Source of the DNA: Zygnema circumcarinatum SAG 698-1b
Taxonomy: Eukaryota > Plantae > Zygnematophyceae
Direction: 5' to 3'
Length of the DNA: 64,000 nt
Assembly (NCBI GenBank): GCA_037447605.1
Contig: CM074813.1
Coordinates: 744,001-808,000 of the forward strand
In this document: piece after piece, positions 16,045 through 28,970 of the stretch
Numbering within the stretch: the first letter of the stretch is position 1
Layout: every line of letters starts with the position of its first letter
Notes under the pieces: generated by a model
What the model saw: only the letters and a program-made list of their open reading frames with translations
Databases searched by the model: none
What the model was told of the DNA's origin: nothing
Translations under genes and position numbers: made by a program

Positions 16045-18418
16045 GGCGAAATAGCTCTCTCTCTCTCGCTCTCTCCCTCTCTCACTCTGTTCCTCCCTCT
16101 CTCGCGTCCCCTCCCTCTGTCCCTCTCTCTCTCTGTCTCCCTCTTCCCCTTCCCTCCCTGCCACTCTTCCTTTCTCTCGCTCTTCTGCGCAGCGCTCTCT
16201 CGTTCTCTCTCTCTCACTCTCTCTCCGTCACACCCCGGTGCTTACGTTGTACAGCGCGCTGCTGGGGGATGGAGAGAGGGGAGAGAGAGGGAGAAGAGCA
16301 GAGAGGGCGGGAAGACGCGTTCGAGTTCAAATTTGAATGGCGGAACCCTAAAATGCCCTCTGCGCTGCCCGCCCGACCATGGCTCCCAGAACATGAAGAT
16401 GATGATGATGATGATGGTGTTGCAACTTGTGTCGGCTCACAACAACAAGTTGTTGTTGTAAGAGCGGAGGTGCACACACAAGCACACAACGACATGGGTT
16501 TTTAGGGTTTCTCGCTGCACTCTTCTGAGCCTGTCTAGAACAGCTTGGAACAACAACATTGGCGGCATTTGTGCCTTCACTCTCCACTCCCTTTATTCGA
16601 TGGAAGGTTTTGACTGCGCATGATGATGCGTCAACAAGAGAGAAATTCCCTCCCTTGCGGCATGGCAGTCATAGCATGGGCACTGCGACAACACATGCAT
16701 GCATGCAGGCACGCATGCATGCATGCATGTCATGGCACTTACGGCTCACATCGTCGGCGGTGGGCCCCGCAAACACCCACAAAATTTTAGAGGTTTTTAG
16801 GGTTTTAGGATTTCTAGCTTTGATTTTGATGACATCGCTGACAGAGCACTTCGGTCCACTGAACGCATCTACTTTTTAGGGCTTTAAGAAGGGCCCAATT
16901 CATTTCCTGAACGCTGAACTCATGCGCAACATCTGCCCAATGCAGCCAGTTTCGTGCCTTCACATCTTGGTCTGTGGCCATCACTGGAGGAGTCATGCTC
17001 GTGCTTCATGCCATGCCATGCCATGCCATGCCGTACAGCCAATAGCACTGGACAACATATTAAGGATGCGACTCTGTCAAGCTAATAATGCACTGCACGC
17101 GAGGGGGAATGCTCCCTCTCCCTCTCCCTCTCCCTCTCCCTCTCCCTCTCCGCCAACTGCCTCTACTGTTCGCCATGTAAGGAGAGCCTTCAGAAGACTC
17201 CCTTTCTCCCCACGCTTAGCAGCGCCTCCCTCCCTCCTCCAATCCTTGCAAAGGCACAATCCACTTTTTGAAGAAATTAACACTATTCCAATTCATGCGA
17301 GTAAGAAAATTTGCAGTCAAACAGGAAGCAATGGAGGGCAGAGGAATAAGTCAAAAATGAAAGGGGGAGAGCTCTCATTTCGCCTCTCCTATTCGTAAAT
17401 TGACCGCAAAAGGAAAAAAAGAAGATGAAGAATTTCCACCACCAATCGATTCGTGAAAAACTCCAAAGTCCGGTCATATCCCCCGAACCGAGCACTCAAG
17501 GAGGAGGAGAGTGGGAGGGCGGGAGAGGGGAGAGAGTGGGAGAGGGGGGTGGGAGAAAGAGAGAGGGAGGGAGACGGAGAGGGGAAGAGGGAGACGAGAA
17601 GGAGAGGCAGAGAGAGGGGAAGTGGGAGAAGTGGGCGAGGGACGGGGAAGGGGAGAGAGCGAGGGAGGGGAGAGGAAGAGTAATCGTCATACTCGTTCTG
17701 CAAAGAAGTGAGGGGATAGGGAAGGGTTGAAACTCTCCACTGCTTAAAGAGTTTCTTCTTATCAGATTTGCAAGCAGGTTTCTGAGAATTTTGCGGCAAG
17801 AAAAGAGCTGCTTGCAACCAGTACAGGAGGATTAGAGCGTTTAGGGTTTGAAGACTTATCTCTGAAAACAAAAATGAATGAATGAATGAATGAAGGAAGG
17901 AATAAATGTGAAAGCTTAGTTGAACACTTTCGAGAGGAGGACAAGTTTCAACATTTCCTGCTGCGAAGGTTCAACCCCCCATCCTTGAACTCGCTGCAAA
18001 GCTTCCTCCCGGATCAAGGCCTGCACAACAAGGCCGGGAAAAAATGACTTAGAAAAAACAGTGCAAATATTAGCCATTAACAACTGTAATCAGAGGTAGT
18101 GAAAGCTTCTGCGAATCATCAACATTAATGGTCGAGCCTTGTACAGATGCAGGTAATAAGGGAGCCTCAACACTCTTCCAAAAATGTGGAGTCCAATTCA
18201 TATCGAAAAATATCGGAAATCAAACTGATTTTGGATGTTTTTACGACATCCAATCTCAGTTGGATATCTGCAACTGAATAAAGACATCTTGAAGAGATTG
18301 AATACTATGATTCCGTAGCGGAGAACATAGACATAAGGCAAAGGCAAGTTAGTACGAAAAATCAAGCTAGTAAGAGAAACATTCGCAACAGAGAAAGAGA
18401 GAGAGGGAGAGAGAGAGA

Positions 18419-18478
<60 letters not shown>

Positions 18479-20376
18479 AAGAGAGAGAGAGACTAGTGAT
18501 TCAAGTGAAGAATAGCCCGCTCCATCTCAGTCTGCCTTAGAATGAAACCCCTAAATGTCACATTCTTGAGAGACAAACCAAATTTCTTCTCATAAAGTGC
18601 CTCCTATTTTGAAATAACAAAAATCAATAAAGGACAGGCCAGCACTGTAATCGCCAAACCTCAAAATATAGTTCAGAAAAATAGCAGCTTGTGTCAGAAA
18701 ACTTTGCAAGGAACAGAGGGCCACATCAGTCGACGGTTTTGAGTGAGAAAGAGAAAGAGAGAGAGAGAGGGAGGGAGAGCGAGAGAGAGAGAGAGAGAGA
18801 GAGTGAGAGAGAGAGCTGACCTGGCCAACGGAGGCAGAGGTGTTCCATCGGACTGCAGATGTGTGAACTTTTTAAGAAATATGGAAAATGTGCGGCCTTC
18901 AAGAGCAAGTTTAATTTTTGAAGAATCACTCAAACTTGATTGCCTTCTCTATTCTGAGCAACCTACCGACTGCCAAAGAAAAATTTCGACATAATTTGCT
19001 TTTACTTAATTTATCTACATATATTTTTCACTACCAATCGTTGAGCAGAAACATATATTATATAAAACACTAAACTGAACAATGACGGAAGTTTTTTAAA
19101 ACCATAGAAATCTCTGATAAGCGCATCTATCCTGCAAACCCTAATTTTTTGCGTGTATCTAAAGTAAAGTTTCAATTGAACTGGAATTCCTTAGCCTTCA
19201 AAAAAAAATAAGAATGGAGATAGCATTATCTGCATATTAAAAAAGGGTGTGAAAATTTGTCTCCAAGGGAAGAGAAAAAAACATTTCGCAGACATTAGAA
19301 GCTGAGGTCAAGAAAAGATCGAAGTTGTGAACCCTAAAAGTTGCACCTATGGTTATCAAAAAACTCATCAAACAACAATTTTTTTTAATTTAAAACAACT
19401 TACTGTTGAAAAGATTTCCTGGAACAAATTAGTGTGCAGAAAGAAATGGAAAATAAGATGTAATGTAATTTTTTTCAAAGCTTCTAATTCGCCAAACCAA
19501 ACTAGACCACAAATTAGTTCAGAACGAGCGAAAAACGTCAATGAATGACAGGAATTATCGACCTAAAAGATAAAACATAGAAATCCTGCAAGTTCCCTAA
19601 AGTGGAAATTAAAACTTGTGTCTGCTTCAATTAATTTGACATTAAAATGTCCAAAAGGAGGCGAAAACGAAAGGGCTGCACTTCAAGCTATACACAGCCA
19701 GAGAAAATGAACTGAGCAATTAATTTCAAAGAGATCGAGAGAGAGAGAGAGCGCACATCCTCATAGAATTCAACACTGATGACCAAATATTGGGAGGGAG
19801 GGAGGGAGAGAGAGAGGGAGAGGGAGAGAGAGAGGGAGGGAGAGAGGGAGGGAGAGAGAGAGAGAGAGAGATTATCTGAGCTTCATATCCTAGATTCACA
19901 AATTAGTCAAAACCAACCGATCAGGAAATCAAAATTTTTAGATGCCCTCTCCCTCTCCCTCTCCCCCTCTCTCTCTCTCTCCCTCTCCTCTCCCTCTTCC
20001 TCTCCTCTCCCTCTCCCTCTCCCTCTCCCTCTCCAAGTCCTACATCGCAGATTCGTCGCATATCCTACTCCTCTAACTCTAAGCCTTCAATTGGAGCTCA
20101 TTTACAAAGGAGCTCATTTAGAAGCCTAATCTCAAACCCTACCCACTCTCTCTCAACTTGCCGCAAGTTCAGTAGCCCAAACCAAAAGCCTATAGAACCT
20201 CACATTTCAGCAAATTTCCTCCCCCCCTTTTCCTTCCTACTTCTTCCTCCCTTTCGTCCCTTCATTCTTCCTTTTTCCCTTTCTTTCTCTCTCGCTAACG
20301 CTCTCTCCCTCCCTCCCTCTCCCTCTCCCTCTCCCTCTCCCTCTCCCTCTCCGTCTCTCCCCCTCTCTCGTTATCC

Positions 20377-21698
20377 TCAGTAGGGGCGGTATCCCCCCCC
20401 CTCACGGGGCAAGTGGGCCCGCATCGGCCCGAGCAGGTGCTGCTCTGCGGCGGAAGAGGGAGAGGGAGAGAGAGAGGGAGAGGGAGAGGGAGCCTCCCCC
20501 TGACCTCTCTTCCTCTCCACTCTCACTCTCCTCCCTGATATCACTCTCCCATTCACTCCCGCTATGGCAGCCTCTGCCGCTCTCGCAGACTCCAACGACA
20601 CGAAGCCTGTAAAGAGGTCCAGTTAGAGCCGTGGGAGAGAGGGAGGGAGAGAGAGAGGGAGGGAGGAGGGAGGGAGGGAGGGAGGGAGAGAGGGAGGGAG
20701 GGAGAGAGGGAGGGAGAGAGAGAGGCTGCCGATTAACTACTGCAGCTCCACTCTACACAATCATATATCATAGTATTGATACAATGTATAGTAGTAGGGT
20801 TAGGGTTAAGGCAGCAAGTAGGAGGTACAGGATTGTCAAAAGCAGCGGCAACCCTACAGTATGCGGGAAATTTCAAACCAGAGTCTAAAAATCGCTTCTA
20901 CTTTACTGAGAACAAGGTTAGAACGGACATATGTACTCCAAAGAAGTCCTAAAAATCTCAGCAGATATCAGATACACGTCGCATCTATACCTTTTCACAG
21001 CTCATTCACAAGAGACAGAGATAGACGGAGAGGGAAAGGGAGAGGTAGAGGGAGAGGGAGAGAGGGAGAGAGAGAGAGATTATCTGAGCTTCATATCCTA
21101 GATTCACAAATTAGTCAAAACCAACCGATCAGGAAATCCAAAATTTTAGATGTACAGTCTTCGCCGTAAATGTCTACCCCTCACTAAAACGTCCTTGGAA
21201 ACACAAAACATAAATGAATCCCAAATGAAGCCAAAAACTTCCGCCACTGCCAAACAGTTCAGTGCAGTTCATCACACGAAACAAACCCCATGAAGAAACA
21301 TCGACAAATTGGTAACTTTCTCCGCCACTACCTCCTCAACTCCCTACTCTTATATCAGAAAAATAGACCGAAAAAAATCAGACAAAAAAACTTTCCCATC
21401 AGCAGCCTCCTGCTGCTGCTGCTTGCCCTCTTCATATCCTAAAAACAAAGCAGATAAATTTCCCCTGTGAAGGAGAGCAGAGAATTGAGGAGAGAGAGAT
21501 ATGTTTTCCTCTCACCATAGCCTTTGGAGCGACCTGTCTCCTTGTCCACCCCCACACGTGCGTGCACGACCGTACCGTACGGAGCGAAGAGGCCCGCCAG
21601 CTTTTGGTCGTTGTAGTCGTCCGGGACTCCGAATACGAACAAATTGGCGCCACCTGGCAGAGCCATCCGTACAATATGGGAGGGTTCAAACCCTGAAG

Positions 21699-21763
<65 letters not shown>

Positions 21764-22142
21764 AGAGAGAGAGAGAGAGGGGGGGGGGAGAGAGAGAGAG
21801 AAAGAGGGGGGGAGAGAGAGAGAGGGGGAGAGAGAGAGAGGGAGAGAGGGGCTGTGCCCTGAACTTGAAGAAGCTTGAGGAAAGTTAAAACTTAAAGAAA
21901 CTTGATACTTGAAATATGTTTGTTGAAGGAAGTGAGTTTGTTGAAGAGAGTTTCGATACCTTGCGGCTGCATAGCAGAAGACTGTGCTGCTGTTGGCGGC
22001 TGCTGCTGCTGCTGCTGCGGGTTTTGATGGTTTGGTTGAATCTGCTGCTGGGAGTTTTGGTGACTTTGCTGAATCTGGTTTTGGTGGTTTTGTTGCATTT
22101 GCTGCTGCACTTGTCGTAGTACTTGCACTTGTTGATGTTGTT

Positions 22143-22173
<31 letters not shown>

Positions 22174-22677
22174 CTGCTGCTGTTGGTGTTGTTGCAGTTG
22201 TTGTTGCAGTTGATTCAGTTGCGAATTCTGTTGAAGTTGCTGTTGCTGTTGCTGTTCCTGTTGCTGCTTATTTGGAGCAATATTATTCCTTTGCTGCTGC
22301 TGCTGCTGTTGTTGTTGTGGAGGTAGCATCTGTGACGGCTGTACGGGCACAGCCATCGCCATTTGCGCCACAACCGAAGCCGCCTGCTGCGCCTGTTGTG
22401 CCGCTATGAGCACCTGCGGCCTCTCCCATTGGCTGAGGCCCGTCACAGTGTTGAAGTAAAAGAGCTTGTTGTCCGGTCCCTTGTGCTCCGACCACTCGCT
22501 GCTGCCAGCTGCCACCACCTGATTGGCCGCTGCTTCCACACTGTACGGCTCATCTTTAGGAGCAGCCGAAGGGTAATCCTGGGAGGGCAAATAGGAAGCT
22601 GCCACCTGTCTCCCATAGGCAGGCGTAGGGTCTGTTTGGTATTCAGGGGCAGGGAGAGAAGTTGCAACAGCAGTATC
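20377..22677 (-). CDS. WW domain + poly-Q low-complexity region + CELF/BRUNO RRM3-like domain; 3 exons (22677-21960, 21692-21516, 20606-20377); no own start codon, likely the 3' part of the FLX-like gene
   Basis: WW: WSEHKGPDNKLFYFNTVTGLSQWERP, followed by a long Q tract. RRM: GANLFVFGVPDDYNDQKLAGLFAPYGTVVHARVGVDKETGRSKGYG|FVSLESARAAEAAIAGVNGRVISGRRVRVERKR, ending in RPY*. Splice phases are compatible. Confidence 0.85.
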
Positions 22678-25242
22678 CTGCAGAGAAAGGGTTTTGGGAG
22701 TTGAGATGCAGATAAAATGATGAAGGGAGGAAAATGAAAGGTGTTGCGAGAATGAAAGAAAGGAGGAATTGATGCCTGAGAAGGGATTCTACCCTTGAAG
22801 ATGTGCAGCTTCTTTAAAGAAAAGGGAGACCTAATTCATGGGGTCAAATCTGCTAAGAAATTACACGGTCCAAGTTTGGTATAGAAGTACAACAAGCTGT
22901 AGCAAAAGTAGCCCTAGTACTTTGGCGAATGTTCACATCAAGTACTAAAAAAGGGATGTCAAATCGAAACTAAACTGAAAGGATTACTGGACACATAGTG
23001 CGAACTTCTCCTTCAAGCAGAAATGTGCCAAAAAGTGCGGCAATTCCTGCCTTTCAGAGGGCAGAAAACCCTATAAAACAGCCAACCGTTTTGCCATATT
23101 GGAGCAGAAACTGGCCAACTCTATGCAGTCGTTGTAAAAAGGACTGGTAGTAGTGAAAAGAATTCACAAACAGGAGAAAAATTGCAAAGCAGCAATTTTG
23201 ATAAGATAATCTCCAGCTTTGTGGCAGAATAGCCTAGGCCTATGAATGCCTTCAAATTCCTGAAAAAGGTAGTGATCTGAAGAAATGAATTCACTTCTTT
23301 TTCTACGTTCATCGTTACATTTCGCAGCCATTCTAAGCCACTTCTATACTTCGAATAACTCAAAGGAGTACAAGTCAAACAAAGTATGGACTATGAACTA
23401 CGGACGATTCCAAACAGCTGCATACAATAGAAGGGAAAGTCGTGACCTCAACAGGTTGGTCAGCTAACAGACTAAAAGAATTTCAAAGACATTTGAGATT
23501 CCTTAGACGGCTTGATAGTCTTTTTCGAAAGGAAGCTACTCTGTAAAGCCAATAGTGTAATAGGAACCCATGGCTCAAGATTGTATACTGAAAATGTGAT
23601 GATAGTCCACCCCAACGTTCAGCCAGTCAGACTGTTACACTAACGGTTAGTCATTATACTGACTAATGCAAGAAACAAGGAACAAGAAGTCTGCTGCTTG
23701 ACACAAGGTTCAGTCTTTCTATACTCACTAAGTGCAGGAAAGTTCATTGTTAATCATCCACCGAGCTTTAAACAAGAGAAAAACACTTTAATCTCACTCT
23801 ATTTCAACACGATCAAGAATCGAATACCCGGAATGTAACCTATTAACAGCTAAAGCTTTGACTTTTTCAGGATTGACAGTCCATTTTTTCTGCCACCTGC
23901 CAGCTCTATCTCCCTCAGGAAAGGAGGAAAAATGAGTTGAAGCAGAGAGCAAAACTTCACCTCAGCTCTCTTTTTTTCGTGCGCTGCTTCGACCGTCTTG
24001 CATCACCAATGAGGGCTCCTCAGCTTGACCAAAACCTTGGCCAAACTATGACTGAGGGGAGCTGCTCTCCCTGAGCTCAATAGTGGACCAAGAATGGATC
24101 AAAGTTGAAGAACGTACTGCCTATCACGTGAACTATCATCTGCACCTGCTTCAGAAAACAGTCTAGATACTTTCCTGTGTTGCTAAAATAGGACACTACG
24201 TGTCGAAGAATAAGATAAAAAGGCTTTTCTAGGAGGTTGTTTAATCCCAAGTAAAGCTTAGATCAAGCTTCAATGCATTCAAGAAACTCTAAAAATGCAG
24301 AAAATAAAGCTAATTCTGTTCCATACAGTGATGTCCAGACTACTAGCCTACACTACAAGGTAACAACTGCTCAAACTCTCTACCGCTACCAGTCTATACT
24401 CTGCCTAACCTCACTGTACTCTATCTACACAATGTACCCTACTGAAAGATCTTCAAGTACCAACAGCATCGAATTTAAAATTCAGTACTGCTAGAAAGTT
24501 TTGCTGAACAAGTTATCTCCTCTTAAGGAGATCGAAAAGTAACCTTGATATGGCTTGGAGCATGCTATTCATGGACCTGAAATGTGTCTAAACAAAGTCT
24601 TAAACCCTAAAAAATACCTCGAAAAAAAATGCAGCTTCAAGCTTACTATTCACTCAGTGTGCCAGTTTGTGACCAAACACGTTAGAACCTACTTCCATCT
24701 TTGAGCTATTGGCGGCCAAAATCTGCAACAGCCATTCCAATTCAAATTGCAAAAATGTCTATACCTTTATACAACAACATTCTACAAATGCTCACAAAGC
24801 GCTCGACCTGCGTATGATCCTATTTGGACTGAAAATGGTGAACTACTTACTCTACTAGACAATCTTCAGAGACGACCTCTTCTCTTGTTTTTCTGCCACT
24901 GCAAGTTCCGCTAACAACTGCACAATATCGGAGGCATTGAAGGAGCAAACAGCCCTTGCCTCCCAGCCCTTTTCTTTGAATCCTCCGAGAAACAGTACTC
25001 TTCAGCAAATCTACAAATGACTTTAACAAAAACTACGCAGATCATCTGCAGACGGAGAAAAACCAACTGCGAATCTGACAAACTAGCCCTCCAGGCTCTC
25101 CCAACTTCGTAAACAGTCGTCTACTTCCGCAGCGAATTAACAATCTATCGAATTAAGAGGAAAAGCTGAATAGCTCTAAATAGAAACGACCAGCTTCTCC
25201 CCCACATGTGGACCAAACTCCCCCCTCTACTGCAGCCATACC

Positions 25243-27483
25243 CTACCCATGAAACCTTCTCTTATTGCGAGGACGTACATTGGGAGGACCTCGCGCAACT
25301 TCATAAGGGGCTTGCTGAACCCACTGATTCGCTGCAGCGCCATATGCAAATCCGGGGTCCGTGCCTACCCCAATGGGACCCTGAGCATGGGAGGGAGAGG
25401 GAGAGGGAGAGGGAGAGGGAGGGGGAGAGGGAGAGAAAAAGGAGAGGGAGAGGAGCGGGTGGTGGCGAGGGGAGAGAAAGAGGGAGAGGGAGAGCGGGAG
25501 ATGGAGATGGAGAGAGAGAGAGAGAGTCAAAGTCTAACTCCCAATAAAACGCATGAAGCAGACGAGGAAGAGGGAAAGAGAAAGATTTGAAGTCTACTTC
25601 CAAACTAAAAGCCACGACGAATCAAATGGCATATGCTGGACGGTTTTAGAACAGGCTCTCGGTCCTCCCAAACCTTACATGCAGCTGAGATTACAAATTC
25701 AAATTTCACAACAAAGAAACAACTTGATTTTATTTCTTGTACCTGAACTGCGTAACCATTAGCATATGGGGGTGGCTGAGGGGCTGGTCCGGGCGCATAT
25801 CCTGCATCGGCAACTGCATATCCAGCCACACCATATGGAGCAGGAGCCCCTGCAGATGCGAAGAAAGAAACAAATAAACATACAAGAACTTAAGACTTCA
25901 GATAAGGATAGCATAAAGAGCAAAGAACTGACAAAACCAAACAGGCTCAAATAAGGTGGAGCCAAATTTTTCAATACAAAAGAGACAAGACACAAAGGCT
26001 CCAGAAGGTCTAATTCAAAAAAAACTTCAATTTGAACGTCAATTTTCCTGTTCCGCCAACCTTAATATTCACGTACCCCCAGGCCTCTGCACGTTTGTCA
26101 ACTGAGCCTTCAACTTTTCCACTTCCCGCGCCATAGAAACTAAGTTCGCCTCCATCGCTTGCTTCTGCTCGTGCTGCTCCAAGTGTGCTTTTCTCTCAAA
26201 ATCAACCGCTGACCTGCAGGTTTGTAGGGTTCTGAGGGATTTAGAGTTTGTAATTATTCATGGGTGCTAAGGAGGAAACTACTATGTTAATCTGTTAATC
26301 GCCACAGCTACATATCCTCTCCCAAACACCGCAACATGCGACTCGAGTATTAGAAGGAAACCCGGCTACAACCCGTCTGCAGAGGAAAAAGAGTGGAATT
26401 CCGTATACACTACTCTGCAAATGTGTGCAGAAAGGTATTATTTAATCGTTGTAAGCAATGTGTGAATGCACCTGGCACGTTGCAATTCTTGGCGAAGTCC
26501 CTCCACTTCCGCCTGAAGGGGCCCGAACTTCTGCAGGTCTGCATGCATGATCTGGTTGTCCTGCTGCAGCTGCTGCACCTGCTGGCTCAAAGCAAGTCTT
26601 GCTTGGTCAAGCTCGGTCCTTCGGGCCGCTACATTCTGCAGCTCCATTCGCAGCTGATGGATGTCCACTTTCATCGGTTCTGGCAAGGCTCAAATGCAAG
26701 CAACCACAAAAAAAGACACGGATAAAAGAAGAAAAGAATCAGAAAAGTGACAGAAATTAGGTCAAAGGTTCGGATATTGGATGAGCAATTCAGCTACAAC
26801 AAAACAATCTCTTTGAGCGAACCCTAAAGGAAACCCTCTAGTGCTCTCAGACTCTCACAATAACTAAGAAACACAAAAGATTGTTTGTGCCCAGGCGTAC
26901 CAAAGTTGCTCATTCACCTAGAACCCTTTCTCCTGTTCTATTCAAAGTACAACTGTCATTACGATGAATTTCTTTAAAAAGTTAAAAGGAGAGACGCCTC
27001 CCTCCGTCTACCTCCCCACTCTCCCTCCTCTCACGCCACCCCTATCCCCTCCCCTCTATTCCCCCCCCTCTCCCTCTCCCTCCCTCCCTCCCTCCCACCT
27101 GTCGCCCGCAGGTCCGCCTCCATCTTGGCGCCCTTCTCCACGAGCGCCCTGTTCTCCGCCTGCAGCGCCCCCATGGTCTGCTGCAGCCTCTGCATCTCCG
27201 CCTGCGCCGCTGCGAGCTCCTGCCTCAGCGCCACGTGGGTCGCTGCCAGCCTTTGATTCTCCGTCAACAGACGGTGAATCTCGCCCTGCTGCTGCTGCAG
27301 CTTCTGCTCGAGCTGCGCCGCGTTTATGAGCGGGCCCGAAACCACGAGGGCCGGAGGACCCCCCATGGGAGGAGGGGGTCCGTACGGTCCCCCCGGCCCC
27401 CCCGGGCCTCTCAGAATGGGCGGGCCCTGGGGGCCATGGCCGGGCCGCATGCCCATCTGCGGCATCCTGTTGCGATTCGCCAT
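25243..27483 (-). CDS. FLX-like (FLC EXPRESSOR/FLL family) coiled-coil protein, short isoform, 5 exons
   Basis: [58 protein letters not shown]|[17 protein letters not shown]|[31 protein letters not shown] are characteristic FLX-family segments. Tyr/Gly/Pro-rich tail ends RRFHG*. Confidence 0.92.
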
Positions 27484-28379
27484 AGCGGGAGGGAGGAGGG
27501 AGGGAGGGAGAGAGGGAGGGCGGGAGGGAGGGAGGGAGGGAGGGAGAGTGGGAGAGGCAGAGGGAGGGAGAGATGGAGAGGCGAAGAGAGCGATGAAGAG
27601 GGAGAGGGAGGGGGAGGGAGAGGGAGAGAGGAGCAACGTGGTAAATGTGTTCACAGTCACTGTGACTGTCACGCATAGATTTCAAAATTTTGAACAAAAT
27701 CTTCGAACTGCTCGACATGCGACCGTTGAGTTCGGATGGATCCGATACGAGCCAATATAAATCGATACTGTATCATACGATATATCGTAAATATCGAGGT
27801 GACAAAATGTGGACCTATTGGAGGCTTGAGGGCGTGGGCCTATTGAGCACCTCCAATAAGACCTTGCCACGTGTACAAACGTGCCTATGTGGCTTGTCGC
27901 TATTGGGCGATGCTCGGCTCCATAGTTAACAAAAGGAGAGAGAACTTCCTGAGGCGCTGAGTTTGTGGGGACGAGGGACGAGGAGGACGAGGGCCGCCAT
28001 GGATTCATTGGAGGGTAAGCTCTCGCGTCCCTGATGAAACTTCTTGACTCAGATGGGCGCCCTTCTCTCCTTCTCCCAGTCGCTATGCCTCTGCTCCGTT
28101 ATTCCCTGGCCAACTCTCTCTCCTCTCTCTCGTTCTGAGTTTCTCTCGCCTTCCCTCCGCGGCCCCCGCCTTCGGGATTACATATCAGATAAAGAGCGGC
28201 TATTGTTGCTATTTCGATTGTTTTGTGAGGCTATCAATAGTGTCGGAACATGCTGAAAGCTCGGGCTGACAGCTGGATTTGTCAGGAGTAGGGTTGAGGG
28301 AAGAGTCAGGGGAAAAAGGAGCGGCTAGGATTAGAGCCAGGTTTGGATGAGGCTTTGCCTCTCTATTTTAGGTGGAGGT

Positions 28380-28970
28380 AGGGCTAATGTAGGGTTTCAA
28401 GGGTTAGGGTTGGGGTTGGGTTATTGCAGGTTAAGGGTCTAGCTTGGGCCACGATAGGGAATGAAGACTGGTCCCTTATTACGAGGTTGGGATAGGGTTA
28501 GGGTCAGGGTTAGGATTTACAGTTGGGCTAGAGATAGGGCCATTAGGGTTAGGGTTAAGGCTAGGGTTAGGGTTAGGTTTAGGGTTAGGTTTAGGGTTAG
28601 GGTTAAAACCAGGGTTAAAGGTTGGTTTATGGTTTAGGTTAAGGTTTAAAATTAGAATTAGGGTGAAGGCTAGGTTTAGTGGGTTAGGGTTCTGTTTAGA
28701 GTTAGGTAGAGCGTGAGTCAGGGTAAGTGAAAGGTTTGGGTCATGGTCAATGTTAGGGTTAACGTTAGAGTGACTAGGGTCAGTAGGGATAGCGTCATTG
28801 CTAGTGTTAGGGTTTGGGTTAGGGTGATAATGTGAGGATTACGGTTATGGTTAGGTTCAGGTTTAGGGTTTAGGGTTAGGGTTATGATTGGTGTTAGCCC
28901 TGGGATTAGTTTAAGATTAAATGTTGGATTAAGGTTGGCAAGTGTTAGGGTCAGTGTGAGGGTTAGGGCT
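28380..28970 (+). repeat. Degenerate interstitial telomere-like array (TTAGGG/TTTAGGG variants)
   Basis: For example agggttagggttaaggctagggttagggttaggtttagggttaggtttagggttagggtta at 28545-28606. Confidence 0.85.

Noticed and set aside
17300-18860. Separate gene from exon-like segments at ~18820-18853 and from ~18020 downward (minus strand)
   Set aside because: No sustained ORF or recognisable motif; at most 3' UTR exons of the WW-RRM transcript.
20377-22677. Calling the WW-RRM unit FCA
   Set aside because: FCA has two N-terminal RRMs before the WW. Here a single CELF RRM3-like domain follows the WW.
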